Below, one piece after another: positions 1 through 9,171 of a stretch of DNA of 64,000 bases. Source of the DNA: Candidatus Latescibacterota bacterium (GTDB lineage Bacteria > Latescibacterota > UBA2968 > UBA8231); contig CBDETK010000013.1 in the NCBI GenBank assembly GCA_965242865.1, forward strand, positions 3,200,001 to 3,264,000, in the 5' to 3' direction. The notes beneath the pieces were generated by a model. That model made no database searches and was not told the origin of the DNA. It was given only the letters and a program-made list of their open reading frames with translations. Each line of letters starts with the position of its first letter. The first letter of the stretch is position 1. The translations under genes were made by a program, and so were the position numbers.

Positions 1-1428
1 GGCGTCCAAGACTCCCGACTCTCGGAAAATGCTTTGGGGGATGTGGATGGCGATGGGGATGTGGATATGGTGGTGGCCTATGTGCGCGGCTCTACGAGAG
101 TAGAAACGGGCTGGATGGTGGCGTCCAACGACGGGCGGGGTGGTTTTGTCCCCACCCAAGAGGTCGCTCTCTTCAAGGGCAAGGGCTCTTACCCCTACCC
201 CCACTTTGAGGGCGTCGATTTTGATGGGGATGGACTCCTCGATCTGGTCGTTTCAGGGAGGGATTCCGTTGACCTGTTGTACAATCAGGGCAAGGACGGT
301 TTTGAAACGGCCCTACAACTGTTTGTACCTGATTTCCTTTTCGTTGGCTTGGCCGATGGTGATGGTGATGGCGATGTGGACCTATTGGGAGTGGAAAGCG
401 GCGACACTCGGCCTAACGTGACGATGTGGTTCAACGATGGCGACGCCGGGTTTGTCCGCCGTGATCGGTTCAGCCTCGACACCGAGGAGGACCTTTTTCC
501 TCGGATACTCCCAGGGCAGCCGCCGGGCGAGGCCGTGCGCCTGTTGTGGACCCGACCCTGCTACCTGCCCCAAGGAGCTTTGCAACTGACCCAACCATGG
601 GCGGCTAGCGAGGAGCCGCCGCTGTTTTTCGAGACCACGGTCGACCCCTGTGACCAACTGCACTTGCTCGCTGATCTGGATGGCGATGGAGCGGTAGAAT
701 TCGTCGGACCGCCCGATCAGGATCTACAATTCGACTCTCGCGACATCACCACCTACCACGGTTTGGCCCTGTGGCGTCTGGACGAGTCGGGCGAGTTGGT
801 ACGCCACGTTCTGCTTGATTCAGAGGTGCTTTTACCGCATCGCGCCATTGCCCACGACCTGACCGGCGATGGCCTGTTGGACTTGGCCGTGGTCGATGGC
901 AATTTAGCTACCGGACCGGCGCTGGTGGTGCTGGTCGGCCAGCGCGATGGGCTGCCCGTCGTCGAAGGCCGCTACCGGCTGCCGGGCACGGGCGGCCAAG
1001 TGCTCCCCGGCGATGTAAACGGCGATGGGGCAACCGATCTGGTGGTGCTGGGGCGGAATATGGCAGGCGGTCCCGTCGGAGCCTTCGTCTTCCTCAACCA
1101 GCATACGCCAGCCACCGCGGTCACTATTGAGACCGCGACTGTCCCCTCAGCCTTTGTCCTCGGCGCCAACTATCCCAACCCGTTCAATCCGGCCACGACC
1201 ATCCCCCTTACCCTGCCCGCCAGTGCCGAGGCGGTGGACGTAACCATCTACAATGTCTTGGGGCAGCCCGTGCGCCGAGTATGGAACGGTTCGTTGGCCG
1301 CCGGCGCACACCGGCTAGCTTGGGATGGCCGGGACGCCGCGGGCAAGCCGGTCGCCGCGGGGGTCTATTGGTATCGGTTGCAGGTGGACGATCAGACGCA
1401 CACCCGCAAGATGGTCAAAATCGAATAG
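1..1428 (+). CDS. FG-GAP/VCBS repeat protein with C-terminal FlgD-Ig/T9SS-like sorting domain (5'-partial)
   Basis: Frame is open from base 1; repeated GDVDGDGDVD/DFDGDGLLD motifs; C-terminal NYPNPFNP...GVYWYRL...KMVKIE. Confidence 0.85.
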   Translation, partial: GVQDSRLSENALGDVDGDGDVDMVVAYVRGSTRVETGWMVASNDGRGGFVPTQEVALFKGKGSYPYPHFEGVDFDGDGLLDLVVSGRDSVDLLYNQGKDGFETALQLFVPDFLFVGLADGDGDGDVDLLGVESGDTRPNVTMWFNDGDAGFVRRDRFSLDTEEDLFPRILPGQPPGEAVRLLWTRPCYLPQGALQLTQPWAASEEPPLFFETTVDPCDQLHLLADLDGDGAVEFVGPPDQDLQFDSRDITTYHGLALWRLDESGELVRHVLLDSEVLLPHRAIAHDLTGDGLLDLAVVDGNLATGPALVVLVGQRDGLPVVEGRYRLPGTGGQVLPGDVNGDGATDLVVLGRNMAGGPVGAFVFLNQHTPATAVTIETATVPSAFVLGANYPNPFNPATTIPLTLPASAEAVDVTIYNVLGQPVRRVWNGSLAAGAHRLAWDGRDAAGKPVAAGVYWYRLQVDDQTHTRKMVKIE

Positions 1429-1447
1429 ACGACCGATTTGGAGGTGC

Positions 1448-3565
1448 ATGATGCGCGGCTTGCTTTTTGCGATTGGATTGTTGACCGCTCCGGTTGGAGC
1501 CTTGGCCTTAACGTGGGATTTCGACGAGGACACCACGTGGGGCTGGACCGCCCAAGAGGCGGGTTCCTATAGCACTAGGGGAACGGAGGATGTCACTACG
1601 GTACACAGCGAAGTGGAAGATGGCGTTTGGCGTCTTGCGCCCGTGCCGGAGGCTCGAAAACCCACCCTTCAGTTGCGCTCGCCGCCGATTGAGGAAGACT
1701 CCGCCCTGTTCGACTCCGTTACCCTCCGGTTACGCATCATCCACCATACCCCCACTGAGGGCAATCTCGTGATGCGATGGTTCAATGCTGAGTACACAAG
1801 ACGCCTCGGGCTGAACCGACGCGAAGGAGATACTCAGTTTCGGATGAGCCGTTATCAACTCTATCCCACTCAATGGGAAGCCATCACCGTAGATATACGC
1901 GCCTTAGAAGCCGCAGCCGTAGCCGACCCAGCCGCCGCGATCGTCTGGCAGGACACCCTTTTTGAATTCCATTTTGACTTGGATCTAAACACCGGCGCAC
2001 AGGGGCCGGCCGATCATCCGTCCTTTGTCGAAGTAGATTGGATTCAGCTAACGGGGGTTGAAGAGTTACTGCTGGGGGAGTTGCCGCCCCGGGCCATCGT
2101 CGTGGAGGCGGGCGTACCCGGCGCGTTGTTCGGCGAACCGGCCTTTTTTCCCCTCGTTGAGGGCATCACAGGCAAAACAGTGATCCTTGGAGAATCGGCG
2201 GGTACTTTGGGGGATGTGGATGGCGATGGCGATGTGGACCTCGTGGCGATGTGGAACCGCCGCACCGCCACCGGAAGTGCCCATGGCTGGGTAATAGCCG
2301 CCAACGATGGCTTCGGCGGCTTTGTCCCCACTCAAGAGGAGACCACAAGCCCAGACCTCGGTCTCCAAGGGAGCGACTTCGATGGGGATGGGCTGTTCGA
2401 CTTGGTCTTTAGTGGCGACCGGATCGTCGAACTGTGGCATAACGAAGGGGAAGATGGGTTTGCGAGCACGTTGCAGCTATCCGGCGTCAAGTTACTTGTC
2501 CTCGCCGATGGCGAGGGCGATGGCGATGTGGACCTGTTGGTTCATGAGCCTGACGACTTATCGTCCCACGTGATTTTGTGGATCAACGACGGCGACGCCG
2601 GCTTCGTCCGCCGGGAGCGGTTCGATCTCGACAGCGAAGAGAGACTCTATCCGTACCCGCGCTCCAAGCAACCGCCGGGCGAGGCCGTGCGCCTGTTGTG
2701 GAACCGCCCCTGCTACTTACCCGTAGGGCCTTGGCGCCTGACCCGGCCGTGGGCGGCTAGTGCGGAGGAGCCGCTGTTTTTTGAGACCGCGCTCAACCCC
2801 TGTACGCTGGACCTAATCGCTGATCTGGATGGCGATGGGGCGGTGGAGTTCGTCGGTTCCCTTGAACTGCGCCGGTTCCTCGGCCTCATCTACCACGGCT
2901 TGGCCGTGTGGCGGGTGGACGCTTCGGGTGGGGTGTCCCGCCATCCCCTGCTCGGTCCGCAGATGATTGCGTCGCATCGCTCCATTGCCCACGACCTCAA
3001 CGGCGATGGCCTGTTGGACTTGGCTGTGGTCGATGGCAACTTGGCGACTGGACCGGCGTTAGTGGTGCTGACCGGCCAGCGCGATGGGCTGCCCGTCGTC
3101 GAAGGCCGCTATCGGCTGCCGGGCACGGGCGGTCAAGTCCTCCCAGGCGACGTAAACGGCGATGGGGCTGTCGATCTGGTGGTGCTGGGGCGGAATATGG
3201 AAGGCGGTCCGGGCGGAGCCTTCGTCTTTCTAAACCAGCATACGCCAGCCACCACGGTCACTACTGAGACCGCGACTGTCCCCTCAGCCTTTGTCCTCGG
3301 GGCCAACTATCCCAACCCGTTCAATCCAGCCACGACCATCCCCTTGGTGCTGCCTGCCCAAGCCGGCGAGGTGGCCTTAACCATCTACAACGTCTTGGGG
3401 CAGCCGGTGCGCCACGTATGGGCGGGTTCGTTGGCCGCCGGCGAACACCGACTGGCTTGGGATGGCCGGGACGCGCAGGGACAGCCGGTCGCCGCGGGGG
3501 TCTATTGGTATCGGTTGCAGGTGGGCGATCAGACGCACACCCGCAAGATGATCAAAATCGAATAG
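1448..3565 (+). CDS. Secreted FG-GAP repeat protein with C-terminal FlgD-Ig/T9SS-like domain; paralog of the upstream gene
   Basis: GGAGG RBS before ATG 1448; signal peptide MMRGLLFAIGLLTAPVGALA; FG-GAP motifs; C-terminus nearly identical to 1..1428. Confidence 0.85.
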   Translation: MMRGLLFAIGLLTAPVGALALTWDFDEDTTWGWTAQEAGSYSTRGTEDVTTVHSEVEDGVWRLAPVPEARKPTLQLRSPPIEEDSALFDSVTLRLRIIHHTPTEGNLVMRWFNAEYTRRLGLNRREGDTQFRMSRYQLYPTQWEAITVDIRALEAAAVADPAAAIVWQDTLFEFHFDLDLNTGAQGPADHPSFVEVDWIQLTGVEELLLGELPPRAIVVEAGVPGALFGEPAFFPLVEGITGKTVILGESAGTLGDVDGDGDVDLVAMWNRRTATGSAHGWVIAANDGFGGFVPTQEETTSPDLGLQGSDFDGDGLFDLVFSGDRIVELWHNEGEDGFASTLQLSGVKLLVLADGEGDGDVDLLVHEPDDLSSHVILWINDGDAGFVRRERFDLDSEERLYPYPRSKQPPGEAVRLLWNRPCYLPVGPWRLTRPWAASAEEPLFFETALNPCTLDLIADLDGDGAVEFVGSLELRRFLGLIYHGLAVWRVDASGGVSRHPLLGPQMIASHRSIAHDLNGDGLLDLAVVDGNLATGPALVVLTGQRDGLPVVEGRYRLPGTGGQVLPGDVNGDGAVDLVVLGRNMEGGPGGAFVFLNQHTPATTVTTETATVPSAFVLGANYPNPFNPATTIPLVLPAQAGEVALTIYNVLGQPVRHVWAGSLAAGEHRLAWDGRDAQGQPVAAGVYWYRLQVGDQTHTRKMIKIE

Positions 3566-3832
3566 ACGCACGATTTGACTGCGCGATCTACAGACCTTGT
3601 ATTGCTGCATAGAGCACTGGCCATAGACGAACCGCTCGGTCGGCTCGAAGGACTGGGCCTTGAATACGACACCTTGGGACAAATCTATCTCCAGACGGAG
3701 CGGCTCGACTAGACTTGGTCGTGCTGGAAAATGCCGTGCGCGGGGGGGGGCAGTGGCATATACATCCTGTCCAACCAGACAAAAACAGACGACTGAATGG
3801 ATAGCCTTGCGAAAAGAAAGGGGAATAAGACG

Positions 3833-5137
3833 ATGAGACGACCGTGGAAAGTACCGCTCCGCAAAAACAGACCCCTGCAAAGCTGCTTGGCGGTGTCGCT
3901 GGCCTTGCATCTGCTGGTGATCTTCGGCATCACGCACCGCGAGCAGGTTGCTCAGTTTCCCGTCCTACAGCCGATCATGGTGGAGTTCACCAAACGCCCA
4001 CCGCCGCAGCGCACCCTCACCCGCCGGCAACGGCCCCGCCAACGGCCCTTAGTGCGCCGCCCCGCCCTGCAAGCCGCCCCGGTCGCCGCGGTGCGCCCGG
4101 CTCCCTCGGCGACGCGCCCCCTGCCGATGTTCAAGACGTCGGCACTTAGGCTACCGATGGCAGCATTGCCGGATCGACTGGTGCTACCCGTGCCGGATTT
4201 CCCCGCTCGGCACATTGGTCCGCAAACGCAGGCTGGGGCATTGGAAGGGACGCGACAGGGGGCCGACGAGATCGACTTGGCCTTAGAACTGATGGATGTG
4301 CAGGCCATGGACACCGGCCAGCACCGGGCGATGGTGGTCGTCGATCCAAAAGACCGGCGTCAACTCAAGGGATTCCTCTACATGTCCAATGTATATAGCC
4401 CTTCCATTGAACGGGCTGAGCGAGAAACATCACGCCGACTTTGGGAAACGCGCCAAATGCAAGAAAACCGGATGCTGCAAGGGTTGGCCGACAAAATGGT
4501 CGCCAGTACGCAGGTTCACGCCGAAGTGCTCGACGCGGTGGCACTGGACGACCCCCAACTATTGCAGGTGCCCTTCGTCCTCCTGACGGCAAGTGGGTCC
4601 TTTGAGTTCACCGAGGCGGAGACAGCTAATCTCGGAGCGTACCTGACTTCGGGCGGCTTTCTGTTTGCGGAGATTGTCAGCGAATTGCGCCCCAACTACA
4701 GCGACACCGAGTTGGACATTCCCGCGGTGCGCTCCCTCATTCGCGCCAGCTTGCAGGCGGCGGGTTATCAAGAGTGGAAGGACTGGCAATTTAGACGCCT
4801 AGAGCTAACCCATCCGATCTATCATTGCTTCTACGATGTGGAGAGTCTCCCCCGCGGGATGCGCGACATGCACTATGCAATAGGAGTGCCGCTCACGCCG
4901 GACTATTTGGAGGGCATCGTCGTCGGGGATCAGTTGGTGGGCGTGTATTCGATGCGCGGATACGCGGATTTCTGGTCGGGGCTGGCCGAGCAGGAATCGG
5001 AGACTTTTGATGTGATCAACAGTCCGTTTTTGGCCAGTGCCGAGGAGCCGCTGGTGTATAACTTGGGCGTCAATTTCTTGGTGTATGCGTTGACGCGAGA
5101 AGGCTCATTGGCCCAACAATTAGTCGATGCAGACTAA
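3833..5137 (+). CDS. Membrane-anchored DUF4159-like protein with TonB-like Pro/Arg-rich N-terminal linker
   Basis: SLALHLLVIFG anchor and Pro-rich linker; C-terminal LGAYLTSGGFLFAE...HPIYHCFYD...LGVNFLVYALT. Confidence 0.65.
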   Translation: MRRPWKVPLRKNRPLQSCLAVSLALHLLVIFGITHREQVAQFPVLQPIMVEFTKRPPPQRTLTRRQRPRQRPLVRRPALQAAPVAAVRPAPSATRPLPMFKTSALRLPMAALPDRLVLPVPDFPARHIGPQTQAGALEGTRQGADEIDLALELMDVQAMDTGQHRAMVVVDPKDRRQLKGFLYMSNVYSPSIERAERETSRRLWETRQMQENRMLQGLADKMVASTQVHAEVLDAVALDDPQLLQVPFVLLTASGSFEFTEAETANLGAYLTSGGFLFAEIVSELRPNYSDTELDIPAVRSLIRASLQAAGYQEWKDWQFRRLELTHPIYHCFYDVESLPRGMRDMHYAIGVPLTPDYLEGIVVGDQLVGVYSMRGYADFWSGLAEQESETFDVINSPFLASAEEPLVYNLGVNFLVYALTREGSLAQQLVDAD

Positions 5138-5175
5138 TATGGAATGTTCATCGGCCCTGTTTTTGCCTATGAATA

Positions 5176-5202
5176 GTCATTCCCGCAAAAGCGGGAATCC
5201 AG
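5176..5202 (+). repeat. dRS3/REP-like palindrome ATTCCC-N8-GGGAAT, copy 1
   Basis: GTCATTCCCGCAAAAGCGGGAATCCAG. Confidence 0.8.
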
Positions 5203-5398
5203 TCTTGAATGATGCAGGCTTGCTATAGTAAGCACTTGACCTATTGGAGTATTCTTGCCGAAAGGAGGTTTCGTTATGCTCATGATGACATTACCTGAAG
5301 CCGAAAAGCGACACATTTTGGCAGCTCTCCAAGTCACCAAATTCGCACGAGGTGCGACATCTCTCTGCTGGTTGTCCCTTGCGTCTAAACGATACCGG

Positions 5399-5425
5399 CT
5401 GGATTCCCGCTTGCGCGGGAATGAC
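5399..5425 (-). repeat. dRS3/REP-like palindrome, copy 2 (inverted relative to copy 1)
   Basis: CTGGATTCCCGCTTGCGCGGGAATGAC; a degenerate third copy lies at 5516-5550. Confidence 0.8.
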
Positions 5426-5557
5426 GCTTCGTAAGTAAAAAAGACGGTCCCGATCAACATTCTATGCTTTCGAGTCATTTAGGACTTATTCGCTTGATCC
5501 TTCCCGCGAACGAACGTCATCCCGCGCCCTGACACGGAGCGGGAATCCATGGAAGCA

Positions 5558-5848
5558 ATGACCAAACAACCCGTCGTGTACATAATGGCGAGCAAGCGCA
5601 ACGGAACACTTTATACAGGAGTAACCGGCGACTTGCCCGCTCGCGTGTGGCAACATAAAAACAACGCCACAGAGGGATTTACTAAAAAATACAGCGTACA
5701 TACATTGGTTTATGTTGAACCACACGAAGATATGCTGTCAGCGATTAAACGGGAAAAACAAATAAAGAAATGGCGCCGTCAATGGAAACTGGAACTCATA
5801 GAACGGCAGAATCCTACTTGGCGTGATTTATATGAAGACCTTGTCTGA
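5558..5848 (+). CDS. Small GIY-YIG nuclease family protein
   Basis: VYIMASKRNGTLYTGVT...RVWQHK...FTKKY...AIKREKQIKKWRR...NPTWRDL; alternative start at 5549. Confidence 0.9.
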   Translation: MTKQPVVYIMASKRNGTLYTGVTGDLPARVWQHKNNATEGFTKKYSVHTLVYVEPHEDMLSAIKREKQIKKWRRQWKLELIERQNPTWRDLYEDLV

Positions 5849-5881
5849 AATGCGGCCCGAAGCTCGTTATCCCTTAAATAA

Positions 5882-7087
5882 ATGAACCGCCTCCTGCTCA
5901 TCGCCCTGTGCTGTGTGCCCCTGTGCTCCTGCGTCGAAAGCCTCGTCAATCCGGGCGTTCAGCCTCTATCTGCGGCCAGTCCCCAAATAATGGTCCACTA
6001 CATGCCTTGGTACGCGGCGAAACCTGTCAGCGGCGAGTGGGGCTGGCACTGGACGATGAATCACTTTGATCCCAACACAATCGCCGACGAGGGCCGCCGC
6101 GAAATCGCCTCTCATTACTACCCATTGATCGGGCCGTACGATTCAAACGACCCTCACGTCTTGGAATGTCACGTTCTGCTTATGAAGTTCGCGGGTATTG
6201 ACGGCGCGATCATCGACTGGTACGGCATCCAAGACCACCGCGATTACGCCGCTATTCACCGCAACACAAACCACCTAATCGCATACATCAAAAAGGCCGG
6301 CTTGAGCTTTGCAATATGTTACGAAGACCAATCGATAAAGCACCTCGTCAACGATGGGGTGCTCCGCGCAAGCCAAGCTCTTAGCCACGGCAAGGATGTC
6401 TTGCGCTGGATGCAGGACCACTGGTTTGTCGCCGACGAATACGCCACGAGCGCAGGCCGCCCCCTGCTCTTCGTATTCGGCCCGCAGTATTTCAAGGGGG
6501 CGGCGTGGAAGGAGCTGTTTTCGGGCTTGCCGCAGCCTCCGTCTTTCTACACCCTGAACTCGCTCCAGGAAGGTGCCGACGGGGTGTTCGGCTGGCCGCC
6601 AGTACACGACGGCCGCGTCGTGCCGCCGGCCGCTTGGCGCGCGTACCTAAACCAGCTCTACGAAAAGGGCGGCGTGGGCACGGCGTTTCCCAAGTTCCAC
6701 GACATCTATGCGGAGGCTGGGGTGCGCGAAAGCTACGGGTATCTCGACGACCAAGGGGGCGCGGTTTTTGGCGAGACGCTAGCCCGCGCTGGGGAGGGCG
6801 CGTCCCTGATCCAGATCGTCACTTGGAACGATTACGGCGAGGGCACCATAATCGAGCCGACCGCAGAGTTTGGCTATCGCTATCTCGAAGCGATACAGAG
6901 CTACCGCAACCAGCAAGCCGGAACGACTTTTCCGTACCGCGCAGACGATCTGCGGCTGCCCATCGCGCTGTACCAGCTTCGCCAGCAAGCAGGGGCCGAC
7001 GGGCGGGCGGACAGCGCAGCGGTGCTTCTGTTCGCGTCTGAGCCTGAGGCTGCAAGCAGCATACTGCGGCGGGACGCCATTGACTAG
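5882..7087 (+). CDS. GH71/GH99-like glycoside hydrolase, probable lipoprotein
   Basis: Lipobox-like LCSC; HYMPWY, YYPLIGPYDSND, TWNDYGEGTIIEP. Confidence 0.8.
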   Translation: MNRLLLIALCCVPLCSCVESLVNPGVQPLSAASPQIMVHYMPWYAAKPVSGEWGWHWTMNHFDPNTIADEGRREIASHYYPLIGPYDSNDPHVLECHVLLMKFAGIDGAIIDWYGIQDHRDYAAIHRNTNHLIAYIKKAGLSFAICYEDQSIKHLVNDGVLRASQALSHGKDVLRWMQDHWFVADEYATSAGRPLLFVFGPQYFKGAAWKELFSGLPQPPSFYTLNSLQEGADGVFGWPPVHDGRVVPPAAWRAYLNQLYEKGGVGTAFPKFHDIYAEAGVRESYGYLDDQGGAVFGETLARAGEGASLIQIVTWNDYGEGTIIEPTAEFGYRYLEAIQSYRNQQAGTTFPYRADDLRLPIALYQLRQQAGADGRADSAAVLLFASEPEAASSILRRDAID

Positions 7088-7135
7088 AGCGAACCGCGGG
7101 GATACCCTTTGACGACCCTTCACCTGGAGCATGTC

Positions 7136-8116
7136 ATGGCCCTAACCCCTGCCGAACGCCAGCAATTCCACGACCTCGGCTACGTAGTCAAAGAAGACCT
7201 CTACGCTCAAGCCGATCTGCAACCCCTCAAAGACGGCCTCACCGCCGTCATAGATCAGACGTGTACCGCTTTGCGAGAAGAAGGGCTGCTCGGCGCGGAA
7301 ACCTTGGCGGCCGACCCCTTTGAAACCCGCCTCGGTGCCCTCTTCAAAGCCAATGTCGCAGTCGGCGAGCGCGTGACGCAAGCGATTATGGGGCGCGGCG
7401 GCGGCGGCTTCAAAGAACAGGCCATTCTCGACTTTTTGCGCCACCCGCCGCTCGTGTCCTGCATCGAAAGCCTCGTCGGCCCCGACATCATTGGCTCGTC
7501 CGTGTATCGCATCCGCCCCAAGGCCCCGGGCTACGCACGCGGGGCCGTGCCGTGGCACCAAGACTCCGGGTATTTCATGCCCCACTGCGACGGGAGCTTG
7601 ATCGTGACCTGCTGGATTCCCCTCGTCGATGCCACCGTTGAAAACGGCTGCCTATACGTCATCCCCAAGGCGCACCGCAGCGGGGTCTATCGCCACTACA
7701 CCGGCGGGCAAGGTGGGTATCTCGAAATCGCTGGCGAAGACTTGCCGACACCCGCACCAGTCGCCTGCCCAATGCGCGCCGGCTCGGTGCTCTTTATGAC
7801 CAATCTCACCCCACACGCCTCCTTTGAGAACAACACCGACGTCGTCCGCTGGAGCGTCGATCTGCGCTACCAAGACGCCGAGGTTCCCAACAACACTGAC
7901 GAAGACCCCAAGGACTTCGACCCAGAACGAGAACGCGACCCGGTCACCATGGCCTGCTTGCCTACGGAAGGGGATTTTGTCATCAAAGACGCGCAAAACC
8001 CAGCGCGCGAAGTCACCGACATCGCCGAATTCAAGGAAATCCGCACCCGCTACGAACAAACCCCCGTCCACAAGCCCGGCCGCGGCTGGACTCCTTTTGC
8101 CGATCGTCAAGTCTGA
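7136..8116 (+). CDS. Phytanoyl-CoA dioxygenase (PhyH) family Fe/2OG enzyme
   Basis: WHQD...CWIPLVDATVENGCL...TPHAS...RWSVDLRY; GGAG RBS before ATG 7136. Confidence 0.9.
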   Translation: MALTPAERQQFHDLGYVVKEDLYAQADLQPLKDGLTAVIDQTCTALREEGLLGAETLAADPFETRLGALFKANVAVGERVTQAIMGRGGGGFKEQAILDFLRHPPLVSCIESLVGPDIIGSSVYRIRPKAPGYARGAVPWHQDSGYFMPHCDGSLIVTCWIPLVDATVENGCLYVIPKAHRSGVYRHYTGGQGGYLEIAGEDLPTPAPVACPMRAGSVLFMTNLTPHASFENNTDVVRWSVDLRYQDAEVPNNTDEDPKDFDPERERDPVTMACLPTEGDFVIKDAQNPAREVTDIAEFKEIRTRYEQTPVHKPGRGWTPFADRQV

Positions 8117-8139
8117 GAAGCTGTCCTTACTACACGCCG

Positions 8140-8231
8140 CCAACCTTTCAAGGATCGAGGGCGGGACGCCCTCGATCCCGGCCACAGCGGAAACAACAGA
8201 AAAGGCGGACGCAAAGTAAGTGTCGCGTACT
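8140..8231 (+). repeat. ~92-bp dispersed element containing a REP-like hairpin; inverted copy at 12101-12192
   Basis: Perfect 12-bp stem GGATCGAGGGCG-GGA-CGCCCTCGATCC at 8152-8178; its reverse complement aligns without gaps to 12101-12192. Confidence 0.7.
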
Positions 8232-8623
8232 TAGGAAGCTATATGGCTTCTTCGATGACCAAGTTCGCGCTCAAGTTGGCTCGGCTGAGTTTGCACATCG
8301 CAAGCGAGCCTGCCGGCGTATGCCCACAAGTTTTTGCTTTCCAAGAAGCGGACGCTCTGGACGCAATCGCCCACTGGAGTAAATTGGCTGCCGGCTTCGC
8401 TGTTGCCCCATCCGCCAAAATCGAACCGGAGACAGTGGAAGCCGGCATCTGCCAGTTGGCGTGCGCCGTACACGTACATGCTATGGTCTCCGAACAGATG
8501 ATCGGGTTCGCCGGGGACGAATAGTACGCCGTGCCGCAGGTCATGCCTAGGGCTAGGCTGATGCAGTACGCCAAAGAGTTGGCTGTTTTCTCCTCGATAG
8601 ACAACGGGTCGCTCGTTGGTCAT
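8231..8623 (-). pseudogene. Truncated duplicate of the alpha/beta hydrolase at 18012-18854
   Basis: 8336-8646 is near-identical to 18567-18877; the match stops after VRFLES, before the nucleophile motif. Confidence 0.85.
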
Positions 8624-8664
8624 GGGTTGTCCCTTTGCTGAGAACGCACTTCGACGGAGTGGGA

Positions 8665-9122
8665 TTACTTGACGAAAACGAGCACACCCCAATACGCCGA
8701 ATAATGCACATACTTGGTGCTGATAACGGCCCCGTCCCCGTCGGGGAAGGGCGACCACGTACTGAGCACCCCAGAATCCTCCTCGTCCCCGTGGTCAAAC
8801 CGCATGAAGTTGGCTTTCCACTTATCCCCTACCTTCGGAGGAATGGAACGGTCCCCTAATAGATCTAGCTCGTCGGCTTGGACGCTGTCCGAGGGGCCTT
8901 CTTCTTCCGCATCTCCGTATCCATCGCGGACCAATGCGTTCAACGCGGCTTGGCTCATACTGCGCCAAGGAAAGAGAAATTCCACTGTCCATGCTTCGTC
9001 TCGATCGGTTCGATCCTCCAAGTTGCCCAATACGACCACCGCACTTTCAGCACCGGAATCCCAGTTGGAAAAAGGGCGACCGGCAGCCGCCGTGCTAGGA
9101 TGCTAAAACGAATCGCATTCAT
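8665..9122 (-). pseudogene. CBM9/DOMON-like sugar-binding protein remnant (internal deletion or frameshift)
   Basis: AGGAGGTG RBS and ATG 9122 give only 24 codons; another frame carries WTVEFLFPW...GDKWKANFMR...WSP...H...WGVLVF. Confidence 0.55.
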
Positions 9123-9171
9123 GTCCCACCTCCTTGGGATTAAGGCTTGGTTTGAGCTCGTCAGAGCCGCT

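Noticed and set aside
5276-5434. 52-codon ORF with a strong RBS between the dRS3-like repeats (TLPEAEKRHILAALQ, Fis-HTH-like start)
   Set aside because: Similarity is short and the ORF runs into the repeat; at most a remnant
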